From Octopus sinensis (lineage: Eukaryota), in assembly GCF_006345805.1 (NCBI RefSeq), contig NC_043019.1, positions 3,410,001 through 3,474,000 on the forward strand: a DNA stretch of 64,000 nt. Direction: 5' to 3'. Below, in pieces: positions 1 through 12,336 of this stretch (the stretch's first letter is position 1; every line of letters begins with the position of its first letter). The translations under genes were made by a program, and so were the position numbers. The notes beneath the pieces are model-generated. The model worked only from the letters and a program-made list of their open reading frames with translations. It was not told the origin of the DNA and made no database searches.

Positions 1-158
1 ACGATTACCTAGCAAAGTAAATAAAACACAAAATAAATAATTTTTTAAACAAAGTAAATAAAACAAAAACACAAAGTAAGGATCGACTAGTCATGACTAG
101 CTAGCGCGGATGCGAGAGTACGCGCGCGCGCACCAGGACCACTGTTCGCTAGTAGTAC
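1..158. mobile_element. Partial MITE (window-truncated), inverted copy of the element at 18383-18649
   Basis: ggatcgactagtcatgactagctagcgcggatgcg...ggaccactgttcgctagtagtac matches the TIR of 18383-18649; its AT-rich interior is the reverse complement of that copy's interior. Confidence 0.75.
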
Positions 159-845
159 CTTAATTTAATTACTGTTTTAGATATTAATTTTATCAGTCAT
201 TTTCATAAAATTATATTTAGATTTCAAGAATTATTGAAATACGGAATAACTTTGTTTAATCACTGCGTCAGTTTCGCTAATTACGGTGCGGAAGGAAATA
301 AGTTTCTTTATTAAATAAGTTCCACTTCAGTTCTAAGGAATATTCTCCGGAAAGTGTTTCCCCAACTTTCAAAATCTATTTCTTTTCATAATACTATTTT
401 CCGAATGTCATTATAGTTTTTACTAAACAAATATTCAATTTATTGATAACATCATGATGCAAAGTTGTATTATTGTATTCGTAATGAAAAATAGAAAAAA
501 CGTGTGCCAATGAGCCGGTATGTGTGTGTGTGGACGTGGGAGTCAGTTATACTGGCATTAAGTGATTCCCCTAGAACTTTTACCATTGATACATAAGTTA
601 AAATTGTTTATATTCTGTGGATAAATGCATAGAAACACTTTTATAATTATTATTGTTTTTTTATTATCTACGCAGAAGATCGTTGCAATAAGTAAACGAT
701 TATGAAAAAAAAAAATATTTTCTTTGAATTCTTTAAACCACCACTTCATAAATCCTAAAATTTGCACCTGTTTTCGAATTTTTTTTTCTTAAGTCAGAGC
801 TTGAAATACGGACAGTCCGAATTTTTTAGCTTAAATATCAGCTTA

Positions 846-1003
846 GGAGTTGCTGTGTGGTAAGTAGCTTGCTTACGAACTACATGATTCCGGGTTCAGT
901 CCCACTGCGTGGCACCTTGGGCAAGTGTCTTCTACTATAGCCTTGGACCAACCAAATCCTTGTGAGTGGATGTTTTTAGACGGAAACTGAAAGAAGCCTG
1001 TCG

Positions 1004-1071
<68 letters not shown>

Positions 1072-1270
1072 TATGCCCCCCCCCAACATCGTTTGACGAC
1101 CAATGCTAGTGTGTTTATGTCCACGTAACTTAGCCGTTCGGCAAAAGAGACCACTAGAATAAGTACTAGGCGTACAAAGAATAAGTCCTGGGATTGATAT
1201 GCTCGACTAAAGGCGGTGCTCCAGCATGGCCACAGTCAAATGACTGAAACCAGTAAAAGAGTAAAGAGTA
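846..1270 (+). mobile_element. tRNA-headed SINE family A (CORE-like box ccttgggcaag, internal (AT)/(GT) microsatellite, gtaaaaga tail)
   Basis: A box tggctgtgtgg and B box ggttcagtccc. Further copies at ~2668-3105(+), 4072-4480(-), 10100-10500(-), 44390-44785(-), 44808-45100(+), 46598-47035(-), 49723-50122(+), 53050-53460(+), 53705-54107(+), 61132-61540(+). Confidence 0.85.
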
Positions 1271-2843
1271 ATGGACCATTAAATGTGTTTATAAGGATAA
1301 AAATATTGGAAGAGATTAATACTTGTCGGAGTAACAAAGAAACGAGGAAGGAATCAGGTGGTCATGGGATGTATTAAAAATAACAGCTAAATCACCCTTA
1401 AATCACACTTTTTTTTTTTTGCATAATCGTTTGAATGCTTAACAGAAATTCGCCAAAATATTCTGGAAATACCCAAACATAAGTTATGAGGGGTTATGTG
1501 GAGTGCTTATACCAGAATCCCGCCACTTAATACTATCTGAATCGTTAAAAAAGAAGTGGTTAGCCACACAGCTGTTCCATATGAACCAAGGATAGCTGGA
1601 CGGATCTACATAAACGGAGATTAGATGAGAAATAGCCATCAAACAAACAAAAAGGTTACGCATGGATACACATGCTGAGAAGATATAAAAGTCGTTGACA
1701 GGAGGAGTTGCTTCCCTTAGACTTGCGAGAAATACATCTTCCCTAGAAGCCTAAGCTTTTGTTGTTTGCTCGTTGAGCGAAGCGGTCTTCGTCCCATTAG
1801 TGGGAGAAGTCCGAAACGTGGTCCTTTGCTATTCGTAGGACCCGCAGAAGAAAACGCAGGTCAACCTCCGACACCGAGAGCATCGACGGATGGGTGAATG
1901 CGCATCCAGGCTCAGTGGTTGCGTAGGAAGTCGGGGACAAGAAACAGGAAGAAAGAGTGAGAGAAAGTTGGGGCGAAAGAGTACAACAGGGCTCGCCACC
2001 ACCCACTGCTCGAGCGTCGCGGAGCTTTAGGTATTTTCGCTCAATAAACACACACAATGTCTGGCATGGGAATCGAAACCACGATCCTTCGACCGCGAGT
2101 CCGCTGCCCTAACCACTAGGCCACTACGCCTCCACAGCTTTTGCTGTCCAAGAACAGGAGATCGCTATTATATCAGTACTTCTCGACCGTTTTTGATCCC
2201 TTTCGTTCCTATTTTACTCACTTGGACCCTACATAGTCATTCAATGTTTTAAAAAAAAAAGCCATGCTAAGGTTTTGCCTTGAAGATTTTTTTAGCTGAA
2301 TGTCTCAAATCCAATACTTATTCTAGCCATCTGTTTTGCCGGACCGTTAAGTTACGTGAGTGTAAAAAGACCAGCACCGGTTGTCAAGCGGTGGGAGAGG
2401 CGACAAATACACACACACACACGACGGGCTTCTTTCAGTTTCCGTCTAACTAGTTTAAATAATGATTCACTTATATATTTTTTTCAGTACTGGCTAATTC
2501 AAAGGTGAGCTGGCAGAATCGTTGTATCGTCGTTGGTGGTGGTAGGGGCACACACACACACGTTTTACGGTATTCGTTCCGGTTCACTACATTCTGAGTT
2601 TTAATCCTGTCAGAATCAACTTTACATTTAACGTTTTCGAAGTTGTTAAAATAAAGAATCAGCCGGAGGAGTGGCTGTGTGGTAAGTAGCTTGTCTACCA
2701 GCCACATGGTTCCGGGTTCAGTCCCACTGCGTGGCAACTTGGGCAAGTGTCTTCTACTATAGTCTCGGGCCGACCAAAGCCTTGTGAGTGGATTTGGTAG
2801 ACGGAAACTGAAAGAAGCCCGTCGCATATATGTATATATATAT

Positions 2844-2885
<42 letters not shown>

Positions 2886-5800
2886 TGTATGTGTTTGTGT
2901 GTCTGTGTTTGTCCCCCTAGCATTGCTTGACAACCGATGCTGGTGTGTTTATGTCCCCGTTACTTAGCGGTTCGGCAAAAGTGACCGATAGAATAAGTAC
3001 TGGGCTTACAAAAGAATAAGTCCCGGGGTCGATTTGCTCGATTAAAGGCGGTGCTCCAGCATGGCCACAGTCAAATGACTGAAAGAAGTAAAAGAGTAAA
3101 AGAGAGAGCCAAGAACTCCCGTAGAAAATAACTAACCTTATTCCTTTTAAATGAAAGACCTTTACTAAAATAGTTCTAAGAGGTATGATAAGTCAAAGGG
3201 AGATAACTATAATTTTCTTGTATGTTTCCCTTTGGGATTTGGTTTGCAAGATTCTTTATGTGAGTTCGTGTGTTGAAGCATATTCTGTTGTGTCTGGAGA
3301 GAGTCATTCTATTTTAGTGCCTTATTATTTTCTTGTATGCGTTTTCAAAGTAATTCAAATATTTTTTATTGTAAGATGGCGTTAGAAAGCCGGACAAAGT
3401 GCTTAGAGGGCATTTCGTCCGTCTTAAAGCTTCTGATTTCAAATTCAACTGAAGCTGACTTGGATCTTTTCACTTTGACCGGCAGATTTTTAAAATAATT
3501 TCTTTGTAACTGAACAATTTTAAATTGCAGGAAATTGTTGTTGACAAACTACGGCAGAAATTGTATTCACCTCAATACACGTCAATGATTGGTTGAAATT
3601 GCCGAAATGCAAGAAATTAAACAAGAAATAGCTTACAAACTACATAATTTTCTCAAGAAAGCCAAGAGAAAAAGATGTTTTATGTAACATATTCTACCAG
3701 TATACGAAGTTTTTAAAGTGAAATTCCAAAGAAGGTGTCATAGATCTAGGTTAGAAACCGGTTCTTTTCTATTGGCAAGAAATCTTGAAATAAAACTGAA
3801 CGTTGACATAAAGACAAACAGAAAAATGTACGCTTCTATATATCTCCTACTTCCTACAATCATTAGACCGTTGAACTGCAGTCATGCTGGAGCACCACCT
3901 GAAGGATTTAGTGGAACAAATCGATCCCAGGACTTACATTTTTAAAGATTGGTACTTATTCTATCGATCTATTTTACCGAACCGCTATGTATGTATGTAT
4001 CTGTGCAGATTTGTATGTTTTGTTTTATGTATGTATTCTCATGCATATAACAGCATGTCTTGACATAGTCTTTTACTTTTTTACTTGTTTCGGTCATTTG
4101 ACTGCGGCCATGCTGGAGCACCGCCTTTTTAAGTCGAGCAAATCGACCCCAGAACTTATTCTTTGTAAGCCCAGTACTTATTCTATCGGTCTCTTTTGCC
4201 GAACCGCTAGATTACGAGGACGTAAACACACCAGCATCGGTTATCAGGCGATGTTGGGGAGACAAACACAGACACACATATACACACACACACATATATA
4301 TGTATACACATATATACGACGGGCTTCTTTCAGTTTCCGTCTACCAAATCCACTCACAAGGCTTTGGTCGGTCCAAGGCTATAGTAGAAGACATTTGCCC
4401 AAGGTGCCACGCTGTGGGACTGAACCAGGAACGATGTGGTTCGTAAGCAAGCTACTTACCACACAACCACTCCTACGCCTATAAAAAGCTTTCGCCCACC
4501 AAGGTTAACATAAAAATCTGATGCCCTACCGACTGAGCTATGCTCGTATATATTAAAATGATAAACTTTTAGAAAGTTTTACAGATTTTTACAGTTCCAG
4601 TGATGGATTGGACTTGTAAATCTTCGAATCAACTTTCTCCTTTCTGGTTTTGAGAAGCCTAATTTCTCAAGATTGGTATTTAGGCAATATGTTGCATATC
4701 CCAGTGCCCCAATAATTACAGGTATAAGACTGAACATGTAACCCGGATATGTATGTATGCAGGTATATATACATGCATGCATGTATGTATGTATGTATGT
4801 ATGTATGTATGTATGTATGTATGTATGTATGTATGTCGGCGACTAAACCGGCAACTCCATCAAGCTTGCTCGGTGAGGAGGGTGTTTATTGGACACCCTG
4901 CGGGATGAAAAACAAAACCCGCCAAAGGGCGAAGGAACTCTTGAGAGTCAACGGCCATCCAATAAATGTCTTAAAGCTGTATCATGCGCGGGGACATAGA
5001 AATAATAGGACTGAATACCCGTCGCGCGGTTAAACCGTTGGGAGTGAAGGACTCCTAGTCTTTGTTAGGGCATCCTTCTAGGAGAAGGTAACTCAGGTAT
5101 CTGGGATAACTCTAACAGAAAACTGCGGCTCAGTGGTTACCGATGATGTTGACTTGTTCTTCTTTTCGGATTGTGGCTGCTGTTGCTTAGTGAGTGGGAT
5201 TGACTCAGTGCAAAGTCTTTCCTCACTTTAAAAAAAATCTTCTTGCACAGGCATCGCACGATAACAACATTGATTACGCTTCGTGCAATGGCCATACTCG
5301 ATAACGAGGGGGCAGCCACCATGTATGTATGTATGTATGTATGTATGTATGTATATACGTGTAGAACTGTAGTGTCAGTGACTTTAATAACTATGACCCA
5401 ATTATGATATATCAATTAATCAAATGAGAGGTTTCAGGGTTAATGACCTTTCTGGGTCCTCCCAAATTTCTGACTCTCAGCGTAGCGTTAATATCTCACA
5501 GGTCATTGGCCGCTAAGTCACGGTCTGTCCGCATGCTTGAAACAGCGCCGAGTCCACTAGAAATATGCAGGAATCGAGAGTTGGTGTAAAGGAGGGCATC
5601 TTATCAATGCATTTCTTATTGAAAAAAATGTAATGTTTAAAATAGGCCGACTTATTTAGACGTTTGACAGCCCTTTATTAATATTTTTCTTGTTTGTCAT
5701 ACGTGTTGAATATCTAGGTTTGTGTGTGTGTGTGTGCGCGCGCGCGCGTTTGTGTGTGTGTTTGTGTGTGCGGGGCTGTGCGTGTGTGTGTGTTTGTGCG

Positions 5801-6912
5801 TGTGTGTGTGTGCGTGTGTGTGCTTATGCGTGTGTGTGTGTGTATATGCGCGTGTGTGCCTGTGTGTCTGTTTGTGTGTGTGTTTCTGTGTGTGTGCTTG
5901 TGTGTGTGTGTGTGTGTGTGTGAGTGCCTGTGTTTCTGTGAGTGTTTTTGTGTGTGTGTATGCGTAACTGGTACTTATTTAATCGACCCCGAAAGGATGA
6001 AAGGCAAAGTCGACCTCGGCGGAATTTGAACTCAGAACGTAACGGCAGACGAAATACGGCTGCGCATTTCGCCCAGTGTGCTAACGCTTCTGCCACCTCG
6101 CCGCTTCTTACCACGCTTCTTACCACACGGTCACGCCTGCGTCACTACGCAACCATACCTGGAGACTGACTATTGGTTTCTGGTGACAATGTGTATACAG
6201 ATCTGCAGCAGTACAAGCTGTAATAATTTTTGTCAGAGAAACATATGAGAGAGTCTTTCATATTAAAACCACAGGGCTTTGTAGTGGATCTTGCATGCAT
6301 GAAGTGAATTCGTTCCACCACAGCCAAATTTAAATTAACACTGCAACAGAACTTTTCCCACGATGGAACAATGGTTTTTCTCTGACAGCAGTTTTACATT
6401 TTCCAGATGCCCTTAGCTAGGCCGAAATAATGCCTTCACCACTTTACCCTTTCTAACCGCTTCTACTTCACCAAAAGCTAGAAAAGAGATAACAAGACCA
6501 CCTACTAAATCTATTGTTCTCAATGATATATCTATCCTTCTGGATAGTTATATAAGCAAGCATACCCCAAGTAAAAATCAGTTAGTCACGGTCGTGACGA
6601 CTCAACGAAGTCTGGCTGACCAGCCTTGGTCAGAGGGAGAAATGAAGTTTACCGTCAGCAACTGTGAGACAACGTCCTACACCCTACAATTCTCACTAGC
6701 TCTAATTCTGTTCTCTTACAACATCATTCTATCTCTCTCTGTAATTACTACTAAACTATGAAGAGGACACAAACACAAACTTTACTTCGTATACTTTTGG
6801 ATTTATCATAACCTGCATTAAAAACTTAAAACTTCATGCATTGTCTATCTTTCACATCTTAAAGTAAGCAATCATAACAACAAATAATTATCGTTACAAC
6901 TACTGACTTCGA

Positions 6913-7224
6913 GTTGTGTCTGGGGAGAGTCATTTTCTTTTTGTGCCTTATAATATAACACACTCACCGGTAAAATTTCCACTTTTTTCTTATTTTTTAT
7001 TTTCCTAAAATTTTCGTTGCGTCTTGCAACCTTTTCAATAGTTTTGAGAGTCAAAACTATAAAATTTTAGGAAAATAAAAACTAAGAAAAAAGTGGAAAT
7101 TTTACCGGTGAGTGTGTTATATTATAAGGCACAAAAAGAAAATGACTCTCCCCAGACACAACAGAATATGCTTCAACACACGAACTCATATAAAGAATCT
7201 TGCAAACCAAATCCAAAAAAGAAA
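6913..7224. mobile_element. Asymmetric hairpin element with 12-bp TSD
   Basis: TSD tactgacttcga at 6901-6912 and 7225-7236; relatives at 22918-23136, 35246-35480, 3225-3326. Confidence 0.8.
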
Positions 7225-7620
7225 TACTGACTTCGACACATCCTAATAACGTTTACCAATCAATTTCTCCCGTTATAACTGGTGACCCCGACCTGGAGAA
7301 TTGCAGCCTTCCTAACAACCAGAACTTTATCGTTACAAACTGGCGACCCTGAACAAGAGCATTGCAGCCTTCCCAAGAACTAACCGTCACAGCTTCACTC
7401 AGAACACCGATGGATTGGCAGACACGGTGTTTCGAGCTCCTCAATAATGAATATCCTGGACGTTCAGAGCTGTGCTGAAATTATTTATTCCGGTAGAGAA
7501 ATCAGTAAACAAAGCATCTACTTCGTTTTTCTATCTGGTTTGCAAGATTCTTTATGTGCATTTGTGTATTGAAACTAATTTTGTTGTGTCTAGGGAGAGT
7601 CATTATGCCAATATACCTGT

Positions 7621-8035
7621 ACCTGTACTTGTGGCGACATTCACCCTGGGCGGGTTGAGTCGGCTTCTTATACCACCCTCGAGGCATCTCGAACCATGGC
7701 AGTGGAAGAAGTTTCGTGGGAATATGAATTTCACAAGCGGTCCCCAACAATCCCGCATGTAGAGACATCCTGTTTGCCGCAGATTGTCGGCAGACGCAGG
7801 GACGGAACGACCGAGGAGCCGCCGGTTGCCAAAACAGACACTTCGAGGATTTTCACCAGAGCCCCGTCTGCCAGGTTGTGGCCCTAATATCACTTGATGT
7901 CAGACCAATCTGCCTTGGGTGGCCCTACCAGGAACCGAAGTTCCCGACGGCATAGCTCTGACACTATCCGTTGCCAGCGTCCCCACCACGGTGGGGAGTG
8001 GATGGACTTTTAATACACACACGCTGGTTCAGTTC
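7621..8035 (-). mobile_element. Non-autonomous RTE-derived element, copy 1
   Basis: The 3' ~80 bp match the end of the RTE at 38683-38770; the remaining ~330 bp is shared with 27770-28142. Confidence 0.75.
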
Positions 8036-8081
8036 CGCTCAATTATTAAATATCCGATTTTTTTGTTTCTTTTACGAAGAT

Positions 8082-8432
8082 GTACTTGCATAGCGAGTGA
8101 TTCGATCTGAGTTCGTGTGCTGAAACGAAAACAATTGCAGCGTGGAAGGTGTTTGTAAGCCATTTAAGAAACACACAAAAGCCGTTCGATTCACTTCAAC
8201 ATTTAAGTTTAATTTGTCAAAATATTTTCGCCGCTTTGAGACCGCGAACTGTACACTGACAAAATTCCGTGCTGCATCTCGGATTTTTGTCAATGAACAG
8301 GTCGCGATCTCAAAGCGACGAAAATATTTTGACAAATTAAACTTAAATGTTGAAGTGAATCGAACGGTTTTTGTGTGTTTCTTAAATGGCTTATAAACAC
8401 CTTCCACGCTGCAATTGTTTTTTGTTTCTATT
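8082..8432. repeat. Near-perfect fold-back (~145-bp arms, ~10-nt loop)
   Basis: gaaacgaaaacaattgcagcgtggaaggtg...tgacaaaattccg tgctgcatct cggatttttgtca...caattgttttttgtttc; single-arm copy at 30421-30618. Confidence 0.85.
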
Positions 8433-8547
8433 TTTGTCAAAGTTCTTCCGTTGTTTTTGAAACTTTTTCAGTGACTACCGACTCTACAAACTAACGAAAG
8501 AGCTTTGACAAAAAAAAAAAAAAAAAATTTAATCGGATATTTAATAA

Positions 8548-9285
8548 ATGAGTGGAATTTTCTAACTAGAAAGGGTATGGCCTGGTCAGCCTGTAATGAT
8601 ATGCATAAGATCTGGTCATCAAATCTAAGTAGAGATTTCAAACTTAAAATCTTCAAAGCCACAGTCGAACCAATTCTACTATATGGCTCAGAAACCTGGA
8701 CGTTATCAAAGAAGCTTGAGAGGCGGTTGGATGGGATTTACACTCGCCTCCTTATGAGGGCTCAATATAAAAAGTTGTAGCAAAAAATTTAGTGGTGGCC
8801 ATAATTTCTATAGGATATCTTTGTATAGATAACCTTAACAAAATAATGAAAAAAAGCACTGCCAAAGCAGTAAAATGTTGATTTGTAATAAACAACATTT
8901 AATATATTGGGTCATCCCATAAATAATGTGTTTTTTTATACTTCTCCTTATGAGAGCTCAAAATCTCTCGAGGAAGCGTCATCCAACTAAAGTACAAATA
9001 TATGGGAAATTACCACCTGTATCATCTCTTGTGAAAAGTAGAAGAGTCCTGTTTGCTGGACATTGTTGTAGAGCTGAAAACGAGGCAATTTCTACTCTTC
9101 TCCTCTGGACGCCATCTGCTCGCGATACCAGAGGGTGCACACTCTCCTACTCTGATGTAATCTCCGGGGATACAGGCATCCAGCAACGAGACCTCCGTGG
9201 TGCTATGATGGACCGTGAAGTCTGGCGTAACATAGTAAATTCCATTGTCTCGACCACGGTCGAACAATGATGATGATGATGATAG
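8548..9285 (+). mobile_element. 5'-truncated RTE-type LINE (second family), interrupted by a 178-bp insert
   Basis: KLKIFKATVEPILLYGSETWTL...RRVLFAGHCCR...DREVWRNIV; (TGA)n tail at ~9268-9284. Confidence 0.88.
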
Positions 9286-10292
9286 AATTGAACCAGCGTG
9301 TGAGTGTTAATCATATTGGCATGCTGACTCTCCGCAGACACAGCAGAACATCAATTGTTATGTGCTGGATTAAATTAATGAATACACTTGAAACAGCCTG
9401 AAGGGAAAATGAAAATTACATAAGAGCGGGGAATAGCACGTAGGAAAACCAAGTAATCTCTGTTGTCGTAAGAGCTTTGGAGTTAATACCACAGAAAGTG
9501 AGAAGATATTCTGAGCAAATAAACCTCGGTACGTGAGATTGCCAAAGAACTGGTTTGTTGGACGCTACGTATATTCAGAGATGCGATAACGGTCTGAAGT
9601 CATTTGTTGAGAGGCTTTACAAACAGTAGGTCCAACAGTAGTCAGTGGAGGTGCAATGGCCCAGTGGTTAGGGCAGCGGACTCGCGGTCGGAGGATCGCG
9701 GTTTCGATTCACAGACCGGGCGTTGTGTGTGTTTATTGAGCGAATCCAACAGTTAGTGGGGTCGCAATGGCCCAGTGGTTAGAGCAGCGGACTCGCGGGC
9801 GGAGGATCGCGGTTTCGATTCCCAGACCGGGCGTTGTGTGTGTTTATTGAGCGAAAACACCTAAAGCTCCACGAGGCTCCGGCAGGGGCAGGGGTGAGGG
9901 GTAGCGACCCCCTGTTGTACTCTTTCGCCACAACTTCCTCTCACTCTCTCTTCCTGTTTCTTGAGTAACTCTGCGATGGGCTGGCGTCCCGTCCAGCTGG
10001 GGGGAACACATTCAGTCATCCTTTAACATCTCTTATCCTTCACTCATCCTTGGATGCTAGATGTGCATCGGCAAGTAACAAACATGCAGATACTCTCTCT
10101 CTCTTTTACTTTTTCCAGTTATTTGACAGTGGCCATGCTGGAGCACCGCCTTTAGTCGAGCAAATCGACTCCAGGGCTTATTCTTGTAAGCCTAGTACTT
10201 ATTCTATCGGTCTCTTTTGCCAAACCGCTAAGTTACGGGGACGTAAACACACCAACATCGGTTGTTAAGCGATGTTGGGGGAACAAACACAG

Positions 10293-10370
<78 letters not shown>

Positions 10371-10667
10371 GACGGGCTTCTTTCAGTTTCCGTCTACCAA
10401 ATCAACTCACAAGGCTTTGGTCGACCCGAGGCTATTGAAGAAGACACTTGCCCAAGGTGCCATGCAGTGGAACTGAACCCGGAACCATGTGGTTCATAAG
10501 CAAAATAATAATCACAGAAAACAGTGAATTTGGAGAAGTTTGCTATGGACTGTGAAAGCAACTTCAATAATAACTTTCTTACTGTAGTATAACTAATAAT
10601 AATGACACTATAATATATTACGAGGTGAAGGGGTCGAACTGGCAGAATCATAAGCCCGCCGGGCAGC

Positions 10668-11210
10668 GAAACATTTTTACCACGAGAGTCCCGGACCCCG
10701 GTAATGAACTCATTTGCATACAGCCAATCAGAACTCCCCTTGACCCTGTTGTCAAGTTAACAAACACACTCTCCCAAGTAAACTCAAGATGAAGAACGGT
10801 GTTGTAAGTCGACCGATCGCCAAGTTTATGCCTGATTTTAGGAGACAAGTAATTAGATAGATTTGCATCTGTACCTATTATCAGATTTTGTTAAGGGCCC
10901 CATATGGTAAAGATGTGGATGGGGGAAAGTGTAGGTAGAGGGTGATATGTTAGAAACCCTCTCCCCTTCACGTCTTACAAAGTAAACAACGAGACAAATA
11001 ACTACGCAGAGGCAGCCACGGTTGGAACAAGAACAACAAGCATTCTTAAAAGAGAAAAGAAGCATGGTCATTCCTTACCCAAGGGACCTTATCTTATCGC
11101 CCATCAATTGTTATGCACTCATAAATTAGTTTGATAGTTGAGCTCTGATTGGCTGTATGCAAATGAGTTCATAACTGGGATCCGGAACACCCGTGGGAAA
11201 AAAATTTCAT
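10668..11210. mobile_element. TIR element (~65-bp imperfect TIRs) inserted in a SINE B head
   Basis: ...atgaactcatttgcatacagccaatcaga... (10704-10732) is inverted at 11144-11172. Confidence 0.6.
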
Positions 11211-11357
11211 CACAGGGCAGGCACTTGGTCCGGCTTTACGTTCTGATTTCAAATTCTGCCTAGGTCGACTTAACTTCTTTTTATGTTGTTCTTTTTTTTT
11301 ACCTTTTGGAGTCGATGAAATAAGTACCAGGGGAACACTGTAGTCAGTGTAATCGAC

Positions 11358-11777
11358 GGATATTTTCGGTTTGAACGGCAGTTTTTCCTAGCGGTGTCAT
11401 ATGAAATTGTCACCCATAATTATGACCCTAGTATCGATCTATTGCATTTCAATCTGTTTTAGGATTAGGGTTAGGGGTGGGGGGAAGGGTATATTTTTTT
11501 TCTTCAGAAATGTAAATAAACCTAATCTGTTTCTTAAACGAGGGACATATTCATACGGCACAGAATGTTTTCACCTCCAATAGACGTCATTGATTGGTTG
11601 AAATTGCAGAAATTGAAGAAAAACAACAACAAATATCTTACGAACTATAGAATTTTCTCAATAAAGCCAAGAGAAAAAGAGGTTTTATAAACACATTCTG
11701 CCAGTATACGAAGTTTAAAAGTGTTTAGTTACGTGGAAATCATTTAAAAAAAACTGCCGTTCAAACCGAAAAGATCC
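11358..11777. mobile_element. Non-autonomous TIR DNA element with internal ttaggg-like runs (copy 1)
   Basis: 30-bp TIR ggatc/attttcggtttgaacggcagttttt ... aaaaactgccgttcaaaccgaaaagatcc; inserted in a SINE B. Internal fragments also occur at ~3560-3720. Confidence 0.78.
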
Positions 11778-12336
11778 AAATTAAGTACCAGTTGCGTACT
11801 GGGGTCAATGTAATCGACTTACCTCCTACCCCGAAATTGCCGGCCCTTGAGTCAAAAGTTGAAACTAATATTTTACAAGGTTATAACATTTTATTAGACG
11901 TCACACAAGGTAAACAGAAATGGTGTGTTGGTGTAGAGAGAAGTAAAAACGATGACATGAATTTGCTTGACGTGTAAGTGCATGTTTCCATATAAACTTC
12001 AGACGGAAACTGGATCGTCTTGGGACAAAGTGAAAACTGAAATGTAATTACGTAGAAATAATAGCAGACTTTAACGAACGTGACTGACTTACAAATGAGA
12101 GTAATTAAAGTCTGGAATTGGTATTTAAGATTAAGTACATTATTCTGTACTATATACACGTAACTTCCTTCTGGGGGGATTTCCCCTTTTCTGTTTTTAA
12201 AGATTCTTGAGCTTCAATGTTATTGCGTTTCAATGGTTTGGTCCAATGGAAAATAAAGCCAAGAAGCTTCTGGTTCACATCCCTACCGTCTACAGTGACC
12301 GGTGTTAATCACCCGTTCATTTTAGTTTGAAATAAG

